64,000 nt of DNA from Monocercomonoides exilis PA203. Taxonomy: Eukaryota; Protista; Preaxostyla. The stretch covers positions 682,001 to 746,000 of the forward strand of contig LSRY02000018.1 of assembly GCA_001643675.2 (NCBI GenBank), given 5' to 3'. A program made the position numbers and the translations under genes. Under the pieces are notes generated by a model. It did not search any database, was not told the origin of the DNA, and worked only from the letters and a program-made list of their open reading frames with translations. Every line of letters begins with the position of its first letter. Within the stretch, counting starts at the first letter, position 1. Of the stretch, positions 38,516 to 52,610 are shown piece after piece.

Positions 38516-39951
38516 GCAGATGGTTTGCTATTTTCTTTATTCTTTCTTTCTTTTCTTGCTTTATATCTTTATTTAAATATTCATTTTTTAATTCTTTTTC
38601 TTATTTCTTATTTCTTTTTCTTTTTTTCATTTTCATTTTGTTTTCTTTTATGAAAATGTTGTTTTTTATTTTTCACTTTTATTTCTGTCTCACATTTTGT
38701 ATTGGATTCATTCTTTTGTCTTTTTGATCTCCAAAAGCCCATCTGGGGTAAAATATTTGACTTCAGGCATTTTCATTGAAAAATTATGCACCTTTGATGA
38801 ACTTTTTGTGATCAAAAAATTTGTAATAAATGGGATTATTTTTTGAAATACATATGAGGTCATAAAACATAATGTTATTATATGAATGATGCTTGTATTA
38901 CAGATACGAAAATCAAAATTATTTTGAAATCTGATAAAGTTTGAAAATGTTTTAAGTGAAACTATTATTTCAATCAATGCGCATAAAAAGCTTGAAAGTC
39001 CATATTTTCCCCCATCTGTCCAAAATATCTCAATTTGTTCAGTCACTCATATGGAGAACAGTATTTTCTCTGTTTTTAATATCCTCTTTCCTTTTCATTG
39101 CATCATTAATCATTACGATGTTCTTTCAAATACAAAACAGCTACTTGTCTCCTGAAGATATGGGATTATTTTCTTTATCCATTAGATTTGCATGCTTAGT
39201 GAAATTTCCTGTAATGATTCTGGTTCCTTTGAAGCTCGATTGCACTATCAACCTCCATTTTGGCCTTTGTCTCAGTTCTTTTTATTTTATATTGCTTCTT
39301 TCCGCGTATTTTTTGTATCCACCTAAAAATGAAACTAAGAGGAGAAATCTGAGAAACATGTGGGAGCGCGGAGAGAGATAGGCAGCTGTTTGCTTTGGAG
39401 TTCAGAAGTTTGATTGGCTAAGAATGCAATTTGGTCTCAGAAGTCACCCGAAAGACGGGAGAGTGAAGGGATTTGCAGAGAAAAACAGCGAAAATAACAA
39501 AATTTCGATAAAAAACACAAAAATCTGAACAGAAGATTATCATATTTATGGAGGGAGGAGCACTTGCTTGAAAAAACATTGAAGTTGTGAAAGGATTATT
39601 ACTTATCTATAGACAGTTTATTACATGGCCAAAGAAAAGAGTCAGCCAAAAGCGAGAAATCTTCTTTGACAAACTCTTAAAAAAAGAAAGCTTTGTTTTT
39701 TATTAAGCTTACAAATTTCTTCTTCTACTTGTATATATGTATTTTTCATTGTTTGATGCTTTTTGAATTTAAAATTTGTTTATTTTTATTGTTATGACAG
39801 AATGGCTTTCTTTCGATCTTTTTTCTCCTTTTCTTTATTTCCTTTTTTTTATTTTTTATCAACATGTTCATATCTATGCTGTAAAATGTTTGCAAAGGAA
39901 TACAGATTTCTTTGAGAACTGTATTGATTGTTTGAAAATTCAAGTCCCTGC

Positions 39952-39992
<41 letters not shown>

Positions 39993-40225
39993 CGTTAAAA
40001 TTTTATGAAAGTTAATTTGAATTTGGAAATTTTTGAAAGAGGAAAATTCATTCTTTTATCAGTCATTTGGGAGACTTGTTTTTATCTTATCAAATCGTGT
40101 GCATTTGCTCTTTCTGCAATTGAATACAGAAAAGGTTCGCATTTCATTTTAACATTATAAAGCATTTACAATTTGAGAGAAATAAACATATGCTTGACAT
40201 GTAATTAATTTTTATTTTTTTGAAA

Positions 40226-42640
40226 ATGTCTCAATTTGGGTAAAATTGGGGAAGAGGATTCAGCGGAGGCGCAGAACGAAGACCTTTCGTTTCAGCACAA
40301 TCTAAGTTTTCAGTTTTACGAAATTCTCGCGCATCAAGGCTCAAAGGAAAGCTTCCTTCAGCAAAAAAGGATTCTGTGTTAGCAAGCATGACAGCCGATG
40401 CGTCAACAAATTGGACGAGAAACGAATCAAGGCACCTCATAGAGCTAACAAATGCTGTGGAACAAGCGCGACTAGAAAAGCGCGTTCAGAAAGAGCGAGA
40501 GAAATTGGGTCTTCCTGAGTCATCAGCATTTTCCTCTCAGAAGAAGCCATCACTGTTCAACCAACTACGCCCCTCTAAGCAAAAAGACGAAAAGTCATCA
40601 CAAGCAATCGAGGAAAAAGATAACAATAACGAAGAAGATGAAGAAGATTCGTTCGACTTGGATGACAGCAGTGAAGAATATGATCCTTCAAAGCCTGAAA
40701 AGCACAAGTCCGACAAGAACAAATCTGCGCTATCTGGAATGATTCAGACAAGCGGAAATCCAGAGAATGAAATTTATCTTGGAAAAATTCCAACGATACT
40801 GAGAAAAAAAATATATCCAGAGGCAATTGCATCGAAAACAATTGGGCTAGAAGCTCTTATGTCTTCAATAACATCAGCAAATCTTGTTTGTTCAGAGGGT
40901 GGAGAAGAATGGAACTTATTAAACAATTTTATTTCTAATATTTCTTTTTTCTTTCTGTCTTTCTTTTCAGTTTATTTTTATAATAATTTTATTTATTATA
41001 TTTATTATATTTGGGTGATTATTTTTGAAATCATATATTTTTTCGGGGTGTTGATTTTTCAAAGATTGTTTGTCATTGTGAAAAGATTTTGAAATAAAAT
41101 GCAAAAACTATCACAACTGTTTAAAGAACAAAGTTCTTAAGTTAATATAAAGAAGAAGATATCTTTTATAAGTATTTTCACTTTTCAGTGTTCTTTAGTT
41201 TATATTCAAGTGAATATTTCGAAGCGAAATTTTATTATGAAAAAATATGATTTCAAAAATAATCACCCATTTATTATATTTATTATATTTGTTTAATTTG
41301 TTTAATTATTTTAATTTTTTTAATTTGTTTTATTTAATTCTAATTCTAATTTTATATATATTGTTTTTTTTTCCACCTCCTCACCCAAACTGCTTTTACT
41401 CCAAAAATACTTCGTTGACTCATGTATTATTTGTTATTTTGTGTGGAAACAGTGTTGCTCCTTCATTTACGTTCTTGACATTTCTGGGAAAGTTGGATGC
41501 ATTTCACACTGATGACTTAATCAGGGTTTGTTTTTTTTAACATAATAACTGTCATTGACACCGATTTTCTTTTATCTATTTAAAATATCTTTTGTTCTCT
41601 TTGTTAAATTTCTCTAATCATTGCTACAAACAAAAAAATAAAATAATCATAAAAATAATAAAAATAATAAATAATAAAAATAAAATTGGGAGCAGAATTC
41701 ACTCATTAACATATCAAGGCTGCTGTCAACGATATTGCAGAATCAGTACATTTCGAATGATGAGTACATGGAAGACGGGTTGGATGAAGAAGAATCAGAC
41801 ATTGATATTGACGATCCACTTGGCGAGAAAGTGAAGAAGATAATAGGAAAATCGAAGAATGAAGAAGATGAAATTGAATTCGATAAATCTGGAAATGTAG
41901 AATTAATAAAAAAAGGATGCTATTGGTAAAGAAACACACAATAACAAACAGCAGAAAAATGAGAAAGAAGAAGAAAAACACAAAGAGGAAGAGCAATCAG
42001 AGCATCTTGACGAAGAAGAAGCGAAGCAAACTTAATTATATATTCTGCGCACAGTAAATGCGAATGACAGCAGCAGTTGTGGAAAATGCAAACCGAGCCA
42101 ACAAAGACAACAACAGAAGGAGATGTTTTCACTATGTTTATGTCAAGAATGAAGAAAGTGGCGGATGCGTCTGTGAAAGAAATTGGAAACAACAAATTTG
42201 TAGCAGCTTCAACAAATCAGCCAACAGAAGATGAGGGAAGCGAACAAGCATTGCGAATAAACCGCTTCAAATTGCTGCAGAAAAAGAAACAAGAAGAAAC
42301 CACAGCACTTGCCAAACAAAGCCAGGGAAAGAAAAAAGGAGAAGCGTAGCAGTTGAAAGTGAGTCAATGTCAGGAAGCAGAACAACATAAGAACAAAACT
42401 CGACTGGAGACAAAAAACAGACGCTTTATCACGAAGAGCGGAAACGGAGGAGAAGGCAGACGCTGCTTGAGATAAAAGATGATTTCAAAAGAAAGCTGTG
42501 AAAAGAAAAGATTTAAAGAAAAGAGAGATCGATGATAAGATTGAAAGAGTTTTAGAGAGGATTATAAAAATTTCTATAATTCAACAATTTCACATCTGCA
42601 ACAAAAACAAACTCCAGGAAATATGCACCATGCTAAATAA
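40226..42640 (+). pseudogene. Diverged TIPIN-like paralogue, pseudogenised (mirror)
   Basis: Reverse complement of 29975-32387, starting ATG TCT CAA TTT GGG TAA. Confidence 0.75.
41013..41268. mobile_element. GGG-ended MITE (mirror copy)
   Basis: TIRs at 41013 and 41268. ATTTATTATATTTATTATATTT on both flanks (40991-41012, 41269-41290). Confidence 0.8.
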
Positions 42641-42722
42641 AAATATTGATTATTTCTAATGATATCATAAAATTGTTCATGAGTATATGATTCTTTAAAT
42701 TTTCTGTTTTGAATCTTATATA

Positions 42723-42964
42723 TGTCGAAATTTTTTTGAAAAGTTCCTTTTGTTGAATTTTCAAAAAGAATAAAAATTACATGTTTCGATCAAATTTCTG
42801 TTTCCACTCACCAAATTTTGTTGTTATAAAAATAAAATCTTGAAAATGTGATTATTTCCCATTTTGTGAAGTTTCATAAGAAAGAACAGAAATTTGATCG
42901 AAACATGTAATTATTTCTTTATTTGAAAATTCAACAAAAGGAACTTTTCAAAAAAATTTAGACA
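42723..42964. mobile_element. 242-bp hairpin MITE copy (mirror of 29650-29891)
   Basis: Reverse complement of 29650-29891, TA flanks. Confidence 0.9.
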
Positions 42965-43900
42965 TATAGATGAACAGTCGCAGTTCGTTACAATTCTACA
43001 TCAATAATCAATAGTATTTAAAAATAAATCATTAAATCGATTATAAATTTCAATAAAGAATTTGTCCACACATTCTTAAAACATCGTCTGGAAGATCATC
43101 TGAATATACAAAAAACACAAATAAGAATATAATGCAAGTTCATACTTAAAGATGAATTTATGAACGCTTTTTCACGTTTTTCTTTTCTTTTCATTAAATG
43201 AAAATATATAAGTTATGGTTAGAAGATTTGCGTTTGAATGAGATTTTTTCTTATTACAATTTCTATTTCTTTTCTTTTCTTTTCTTTTTCATTTTCTTTT
43301 CTTTCCTTTTTTTTTCCCACAAGCAAAGTGTTATTTACATTTTTTTACGCAACTATATAATTCATTGAGAAGGATGTTTTTTTAATTTCATTTTTTTCTT
43401 TCATTCTTTTTTTTAATCTATTTTATTTTTTTGATTCGCTAAATGTGTGACAATTTTTGAAATCATTCCTTTATTCAGATTGTTGACTCTTCAAAGGTTT
43501 AATTCATTTGAGGAGGCATTATTCATTAAAATGAAAAAAGCATGATAATAGTTCAAAATGAAGATTAACGAGATAATATTAATGAAAAATTTTCTATGAA
43601 AAGAGTTGCAACTTTTCAGTCTTCATTTATAAATATTTGAAGAAAATTATCAAACCGTAATATTTGATAGAAAAAATACGGGTTCAAAAATTACAAAACT
43701 TAAAAAAATCACAATATTAAAGCTATTGAGTTTTGTTTTTGTTAGTTTCGTTTCTAATGAAGTCAAAAAAATTTTTTTGAAATATTTATGAAACATTTTT
43801 CTGATCTCATAATTTGAAGCAAAAAGATAATTTTGAAAATATTTTTTACAGATATGTAAACAAACAAACAAACAAACAAACAAACAAACAAACAAACAAA

Positions 43901-43933
<33 letters not shown>

Positions 43934-44761
43934 AGAAGAAGAAGAAGAAGAAGAAGAAGAAGGGGAAAAAAAGTTTGAGATTGAAAAATTACTTGTCATC
44001 CGCAAAAACTGTTTTCTATTTATAACTTATATTTACTATTTTGTTGGCAGAAATCATGTTCGGAGCACCTATTTTCAATATCTTTGTTTTTATTTATTAA
44101 ACCGTTCATTTTTATATTAAATTATTCACTTATTTATATTTTTTGACTGATAAAAAAATAATAGAACCCATAAGAAAAAAGTGGAAAAAAAATATTATGT
44201 GTGTAACAAATTTTTTTCGCATCAACTTGATCGTATTATTTTATAATATAATTGATGGAATTGGAATTTTTTTGTTTTCTTAAAATAAAAATGTTAGTTC
44301 GAATTATCAGTGTTTATTCCAGAAAACACCAGTTTATTCGAATAAAAAATTTTGATTCATGAAATGCCAAGTTAATTGCAGTTAGTCCTTCAATAAAAGT
44401 TTTTCTGATCCTTTACATCAAAATGAATGTATCAAAAAATTTTCAACTTCTCCATTAATGCACATTATTATTTTAAAGATAAACAATTCAGAAAAAATCA
44501 CATCTGACAGTTTTGGTATCCAATAAAAAAGGAAAATCAGAAATTTTGCCTAAAGGATTGAGAGATCGAATAGAATAACATGAAATATTACAAATGGAAA
44601 AGATGGTGTCAGGAAATTTTTTATTAGAGCAGACTATATGAAATATTTGAAGGGTTTTACTCAATGAAAAAAGAAGCGTTAATAAAGCGAGGAAAAAAAG
44701 CATAATCTATAAAATAATTCAAAGAAAAGAATCATGGATTTGAGTTAAAATCAAACTTGAA

Positions 44762-45760
44762 ATGCGTTATACGAAAAAGGATTTCTTATTTGATATTTTC
44801 AGATTTAATCTGTATTGGATTGAAAATGGCAAGGAGGAGAGCACTTTCGTGTTTGAGTGCTCATTCACTTCATACTCGCTTTCAAGAAATTGTGGAGGAG
44901 TGATGCATTGTTACAGTGTTCCAGCTGCATTCAAAATGAGGAGCATTAAGTTCATTTCATGCTCGGCATGGCAAGAGGGAGGTGGATTGCATCTTTATCC
45001 AATCAAGCAACAGCATCCGACAATAAACTCTATTGCTTCTTCTTATTTTTTCACCAATGCAGCTTCAGAGATGCAACCAATCCACGTGGGCATGATGTTG
45101 AATATGTCGATATCAAAAACGTCTATTTGAATTCAGAAAATCCATTTCATGAATGTTACAACACAAACACAGATAACAAGGTTGCGTGCAATGCGCACAA
45201 CTATTCAAATCCAAACGTGTGATCAGTTCAGTACACAGAAAGGAAGAATTTGGCAAGGAGGAGATGAAGGATTGATATGTTGTGGTGAGTGGAAGTGACG
45301 TGAGTGATCTATGTGGGATGAATGATGCAGCACCGTGCTGGATAATGAGGCACGCAGTCGGGACGAGCATGGCACAGCTGAGCTCTGCAATCACAATGCT
45401 GGGTGGGAAGTATTGAGGCGAAGCAGCAACAATCAATTTTGGGGAAAAGAAGATTATAATCACAGGAAGATTGAAGGATGAAAGAATGATTGGGACGAAT
45501 TTGCTTTCTTTGTCTGCAACAATGCTGTTCTAAGTGATGAGTGTGCGGCTAGAGATGGCGCTTGTGGGAATCGATGCCAGTCCTTCAATAAATTTATCGC
45601 CAAGAACATTTGTGGTGTTGCTGAGGAAGCAGCTGGAAATGCACGCAGAGGACGAGCCCCATTTTTCTGCCCCGCTCCCAGCAGTCTTTCCACTCCCTTG
45701 TGCAGCATGCTCTCCTCTCCTGCCATTTTCAAAGCCTCGCTTTGTTTGTACGGACTGTTA
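44762..45760 (+). pseudogene. Mirror of 26860-27858
   Basis: Mirror ORFs. Confidence 0.55.
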
Positions 45761-46886
45761 ATTGGCTAGACAGGACAACGCAGATAATTCTCTTTCAGAA
45801 ACAAGAGATGGAATGCCTAACTCTGTTCAGTCATAGCGGATTCTTCTCTTGTCAAACAGATCATTCTTTTCCTTCTCTTTTTTGCCCTTCTTCTTCTTCT
45901 TCACCTTCATCATCTTTTTCACCTTCTTCTTCACCTTTTCATTCACCTTTTTCTTCTCATTCACCTTTTTCTACTCATTCAACTTCCACTTTTTCTTCTT
46001 CTTCTTCTTCTTTTTTATCTCATTCTTTTGTTTTTTTCTATTTAATAATTTTATTTCCTTTCACACTCATATTTTTTTGTATTATAATATATTTTATTAT
46101 TCATTTTTTCTTTTCTTTTCTTTTTTTTTTTTTATATTCTTCTCATTTTTCGGCCAATTAATTTTGAAGATAATAATGATGTTGATATTATGTGCTCATG
46201 AAACTTCTTTTTTAAAAAATTTTAGGATTTGCGGATTGTTTATATTCAGAAGTGTAAAACGAATTTTTAATGCATACATTCGCAGAATATTAACCGAAAT
46301 TATATGTCAATGAAATGAATATTATTTTGAGCTGGAAAAAGCTGATCGGAACGTGTACAATAAAAATGGAGGACAATTTTGCCTTTTTCATCAGGAAACT
46401 GAAAGAGGCACAGACAAAAAAGAAAGAGTATTAGAACAATGATTTATTGAAATGGATGAGTTCCAAAATATCATTCGGCAGGTTACGCAAGGTCACAAAT
46501 CTTCAACAAGTTGCAGAAAATGAACCGATGAAGGAAAGAGCTTTTGAGGAAAGACATATTTGAAGAGAAATTCTATGAAAGAAGAGAATAAATGCCCGAC
46601 AAGCAATGCCGATTTCATCAAATGCACATATGAGATGTTTTCTTCAATTTTGTGTGCCATCTCCCCAACTTTCTTCGACCTTGTCGTCACTTGCACGTAA
46701 ATTCACCGACAAGTCAGATGATGAAATGATTTCTGCCTTACGATCTGCACCTTCCTCAGAAGACCCATCGCGTTGTGTGCTCTTGCATGACATCTTTGAT
46801 GGCCAGAAATACATTGCTTTGATACCAAGAATGTTTTCCACGCATTCATTCAGCTGCATGCCCGTTGATAAAGATTTATTAATCGA

Positions 46887-48913
46887 AATTCCATTTGCTT
46901 CTGTTCTGTCATGTCCAACAACTGAATTGTCTTTCTGAGTGATGTTTCCCATGAAGGCGAACAAGGGTTCCTTCACAGAAGCGACAAATGTTTCGCACAC
47001 AAAATACATATCTCTTCCGACACTGGCCTTGTTGGCTGAAAACACGATATTGGTGATGGAAAAGGTTGTGGATGACACTTCTGAATCATCCTTGTACTCG
47101 ATCATGAGAGCACCGCCTCTTCCTCCAGAACTTGTATCCTCGCTCGCAGAGCAGGTGGAAAAGGTGGTGTTACCGAAAAGGAGTTGGCAGGGGCAGATGA
47201 GGCGAATGAGATGCACCCGCCATTGGTGGGAGTCTGTTGGCTCAACTGTTCTGAGTCGATGTTGATCATGGTGCAGTTGGCGGGGGAGAGGGAGAGGGCA
47301 GGGGTGGTTGCAGAGGAGAGGATGCAGCTGGCGGGGATGGCTGTGGAGGTGATATTGGTGATGTTGGATGAGTTAAGGGTGAGTGGAGCGGTGAGGGAGG
47401 TGAGGTGGAAGATGCTTTGGCTGTTGAGGGTGAGACTGGTGATTGCTGTGTGGTTGAGGGCGAGGGAGCCAGCAGTGAGGAAGAAGAGGGGAGTTTTAAT
47501 TGTTATGGAGGTTGTTCCGGTGATGGTGGTTGTGTTGAGGTTGAGGGAAGGGGAATTTTCGGAGAGGTGGAAGAGAATGGGGGTGATGGGGTTTGTGGAG
47601 TTGTGGGCGATGGAGAGGGCAGACAAGGCAGATGGATCTGGTGAAGAAGATGTTGATGATGTTGATTGTGATGATTGTAAATATGAGTTTGATTGTTGCA
47701 CCACTGAAGGCTATGGCTGTGGAAGTTGTTCCATTTCTAGTGAGTTTGGTGTCAATGGCGCTGAAAGTGAGTGTTTGAATGGGAACAAATGTTGAGGTGA
47801 GGAGGGTGAGAGAGGAGTCTTGGAGGAGGGAAATGAAGCCGTTGAGGGCATACTCGATGGTGGCACATGGGGTTTGTTGGGGTCTGCCACAGGCATCAGC
47901 ATCAGTTCCATTGCTGGCAACAAGTTAACTCTGGGCGATGATGGGAACCCAACTGTTGAAAGTCTCACTGTAAGATATATTGTTATTTCACACTCATTTT
48001 GGTGTATTTCATTGATATGTGCCGGTTGAATGGAGATTTGATGTGCTTCTGCTGAATAACATATTGTTTTGTCTGTAACATGCAGAAGAGTTGCCATTGA
48101 AGAAACAAAACGAGATGAATTTTGTTCCACTTATCCAATTATAAATCGTTGTGTGGCATAGCACAGCACCACAATTATATTGTGAATTTGCTAATATTTT
48201 ACTGATGAATTGATTCTTTTCAAGAAAAAATGGAAACGATTTTTCTGGTGGAGCAAAATGAAACGTTATTGTCCCTGCCGCATTGCTGCCTATATTAGTA
48301 ATATGCTGACATTTTTTAAATTGAACTTTTGAATCGAATGGCATGTTGTCGAGAACGAAATGCCAACCAGTTCCACAATCACCTGTTATTTTCCAATTTT
48401 CAACTTTGTTTTCCGAGAATAACCAATCAGAAGTGGATTAGGGCCAAGCTGTGCAATTCGTTCTTCCATGAAACTCAGAGCAACTTGTGATATTGGATTT
48501 TGCAATGAACACATTTCACAAAATTTGAACCAATTACGACACTCCATCATTGGCATTTGAACAATTGTTGAATGAGCACGAAGTGATTGTGAGATTTGCA
48601 TTTTTGCATTCAACATGAAGCGCACCTCTATGATTTGATCCACCATTTGTATTTTCTTGTTCGCATCACTCAAAGTGATGGCTTTTTGCATCAAGCGAAG
48701 TCATTCTTCTAGGTGTTTTTCGTGAGATTCAGTTCCGACATATAGTTTAACAACATTTAGCAAAGAGCATGTTTGGTGGATGAAAGATATCTTGAAGGAA
48801 GAGAAGATGGCGCATTCAATGGGATTGTGAGCTGAATGAAAGAATGATGAAACAGAAAAAGCCAGCGTTGCGTTCTTATGGAAAGCAATCCTCGTGATAT
48901 TGATGAATTTCAA
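46887..48913 (-). pseudogene. GGA-motif surface protein pseudogene (mirror of 23708-25735)
   Basis: Mirror ORFs. Confidence 0.7.
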
Positions 48914-49413
48914 ACCTGACTGAAAAAATATTTATAATTCGAAGTTTTTATTGCATTTTCTTATTCTTTCATGAAAAATTGTTCTGAATGGATTAGCAAC
49001 ACAACAGGAAAAGAAAAGAATTCATTTAAAATGGAAAATTTTGTTGAAAGAACTTTTGCATATATTAGCGTTTGTGATCCAAATTGTTCAGAGCGAAGCA
49101 GTGCTTGCTTTTTGATTCAACTTTGTTTTATTTCATTCAATTCTGTTTGTCATTGAAATGGCTCAACTTGGGGATGGTGAAATATGCATTCATTCCTTTG
49201 CCCTGAATTTTATAATTTGTTTAAAACAAGACTTCGTTAAAAATTGTTGAATTTCGAAAAAGATGATTATTTTTTCAAAAACTCAAAAACAATTTGAATG
49301 TTTTGAATGAAATGAAAATTTTATAAAATAAATATCATATGTTCATGAAATATTAGCTTTATTCAAAATAATAGTAATAGAAATAATAATATTGAGATGA
49401 AAAAAGCACTTCA

Positions 49414-50528
49414 TTAACTTTCTTCTTTCTCAATAAACGCCTCGCCATCATCAATCTCCGGCTCTTGCTCAATAAGTTCTTCACCAATCGGAAAATTACT
49501 CAAAGAAGTGCGTCTCCGTGAAACTGCAAGGAGCCGACTAGAAAGATTAGAGAGGGAAGTCTGTGCTCGTGTTTTATTCATCAAATACAAAAGAAAATAA
49601 TTTTAAGTTATAAATTATGAAAAATTGAAGTATGAAACTGATTGATGACACACCCTAATTAGTTCGTTGGAATGCAAAGCTTCAAGTTTACTCAGAAATG
49701 TTGCAAAGGAAAAAGAAGGTGCAACAGATTGACCCCACAAGTAATATTGGTTAAGAAGATCAGTGACATATTTTAACTAATTAAGAAATGAGAATGATTT
49801 TTAAATAAGTATGTAAAAAATGAATAAAATAAAATAAAATAAACTTTAATATAAATCTGAGATACCTCTCCTCCTTCTGTGCAAGTTAGATTCGCAGATG
49901 AAATTGAATTCACGAGTTTTTCAAGTCCAGTTTTGCTCGAAGCAATAGCTTCAGGAAAAATTTTCTTTCGAAAAACTTTGGGTGCTTTCCTCACATGCCT
50001 CTCTTCTTCGAGAGCATCATTTGCGTGGGGCATCCATGTAAGTTCATTTGACCCTTCGTCAGTTTTCACCTTTTCTGTATTTGTCATGTCAAAATCTTCA
50101 CTTATATCATGAAAATCGGATAAATCGTCTTCGTGTGTCGCGATCGTCATGTCTCGCAGCAAGTCATTGCATTTTTCCTTAGTGTAATGCATCTTTTCAA
50201 GAAGGCTTTTTTGTTTCAAATGAAAAACTGCCAAATTGGAGATATTTGGTTTCTCGCTTCCTCTTTCATAAAGTTTCTCATTGTGCTTTTGATCGACGGT
50301 GCTTGTAATGTCAATCAAATGTTTCGATTTCGCCTCCATCCAATTTTTTGAAGTATCAGGTGTAGCACTTGAAAAAATCGTAGTTTTTTCATTGGACGGC
50401 ACTTTTCCCTTAAGTTTTGATGCATGCAATTTTTTGACGATGGGAAATTTTGACGAAGATGAAATGAAATGCATCCTTTCATTATTCGTGCTGAACCTTC
50501 TTTCCTGGCTTCTTACAGTTTTGGACAT
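49414..50528 (-). CDS. TIPIN: TIPIN/Csm3/Swi3-like protein (mirror copy)
   Basis: Reverse complement of 22093-23207 with the same exon-1 translation. Confidence 0.75.
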
Positions 50529-50665
50529 TTGAAATGACAACAAAAAAAAATTATGTGCTATCACCAAAAAAATTTTTTTTAAATTTTGTGATACTTGTAT
50601 TTCTTTCTTTTTTCCCCCATGAAATAACTCAACAGGCCATTTTAAATAACAAACAAACAAACAAA

Positions 50666-50714
<49 letters not shown>

Positions 50715-52610
50715 CACATTTTATTTTTTCTAACTTTAGCACCTGAGGCACATAAGCCACCTTCCCCCTCAAATATTCCTTCCACTTCCAAACAGATTGT
50801 TTCCCGCAGAATCGATGCAAGCGGCTCTGAATTGAAACAGCCAATAGAACTGAAGAGGATTGTGTGTGAATGCCTTGGGAGAGAGAGTGAGGAAAATGTT
50901 GTGGAGGATGGGAATAGGAAAAGGCAAAGGCAAAGACAACAAATCCATGCAACCAGACGAAAATGGAACGAAAATAATTGAAAATAAAGGAAAGGCGAGA
51001 GAAAGAAGAAGGAAGAGGAGAAGGAAGAGGAGAAGGAAGAGGAGAAGGAAGAGGAGAAGGAAGAGGAGAAGGAAGAGGAGAAGGAAGAGGAAGAGGAGAT
51101 TGTAAAAATAATGAAGATGATGATTGGATGATTGAAGCAAACGAAATGGACCGGAAGAAAAAAACAAGAATTTTAATATCTGCGTTTGAAGTGCATGACT
51201 CTTAGACATGTATGATTAAAAAACATAAAAAGTCAACTAAGTTGCAGAATGTGAGGATGATCCCTGATGAAAACGAATAAAATGAGTTTGTTGCATTTCA
51301 ACAACGAGGAGGAAAAATGATGGAAAAGTTGGCATTCATTCATCGATGCTCATTCAGAAAATAACAAATTGCCCGTTATGCATCCTCTGATGCTCAAAGG
51401 CGCAAAATTCAAAGGACCATGAACAAACATAGAAACTGAGCGAAACAACGGCTTTGTTGAAAAACAAACGATGAAAACAAAAACCATCAAATTCTCTTTC
51501 ATCTGCCGTGGTGATAAAGAAAATTAACCTCGAACAATAATCACCTTGCTCACTCAAAATGGCTGTCTCTTCGAAGAATGAAATCAAGATGCGGCTGACC
51601 TGAATGCCCTTTGATTGCCGATAAATATTCGATTATAGGATGTATCTTCGATGGCGTTTCTCCATTCTCTTGGTTCGAAAGCGAAATCAAAGATAGAATT
51701 TCTTCGCTTTCCATATCTGTCTGGCGCAGTCAGAGAAACAGAAAAACTTTTGAAATTATATCAACATTTTGGTATTATCCTTTTTTCGTTGAATTCTTTC
51801 CTTTTTCGTAATTTTTTTATCCTGCTTTCCATTTTGCCAGCCACTTTCCTTGCCAAAAACCGCTCTTCTGCCATATGTTCCTAAATTCTATATAATTTTG
51901 TGCAGATATTATTTTCTCATTGAACTAGATCATCTTTTGTCTTCATTCAATAAAATAACAGTTGGATATGTTTTCATCTCTTGCACCAAATAAAAATTAT
52001 GAAAATCATACATCTTGCGTAACTTCATTTATTTCTTAATTGCCATATAATAATCTGCTCCATTCTCATAGTATAGCTCTCCAAAGCGGGGACTGGCCAT
52101 TTCAACAATAACTCATATTCCTAGACTTTGGAAAGGTCAAAAATAGAATCATCTTCGAAATAAATAGAACAATAAAAATTACATGCATTACATCTTTTGT
52201 GTTATTAATAAAATTGCTGTTTTTCTTGGGTTAGCAAATTTCCAAATATTTTCAGATAGAAATCCAAAGTCGATGCATTGCCATCATACTAGCTGATATC
52301 ACAGAAAAGGATATTTCTAATTCTACAGGGAATGTTCGCTCACCGTTCTCTCATTTCGTGGACGGATATTCCAGTCAAATAAAATGATTCGATCATTACA
52401 TCCATTATAACAAACAGAAAAAACAAAGCGTTCTTTATCTTTGTAATTACAAATCAAAAATGTTAATATATAATATATATATATACATATATAGTATAAA
52501 TGAGTATATTTCTATGGTCTTTTTGAATTTTTATTTTTCATCTATATCTTCAATCCAATCGAAAACGCTTTCAATGTGAATGATTAAAATAGTGTTGTTT
52601 TCTGAAAGCT

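Noticed and set aside
9115-40243. In-frame TAA/TAG in both transposases and the TIPIN paralogue suggesting a TAR=Gln genetic code
   Set aside because: The same pseudogenes also have TGA stops, frameshifts or a lost donor. Long intact exons use CAA/CAG with no internal TAR, so ordinary decay explains it.
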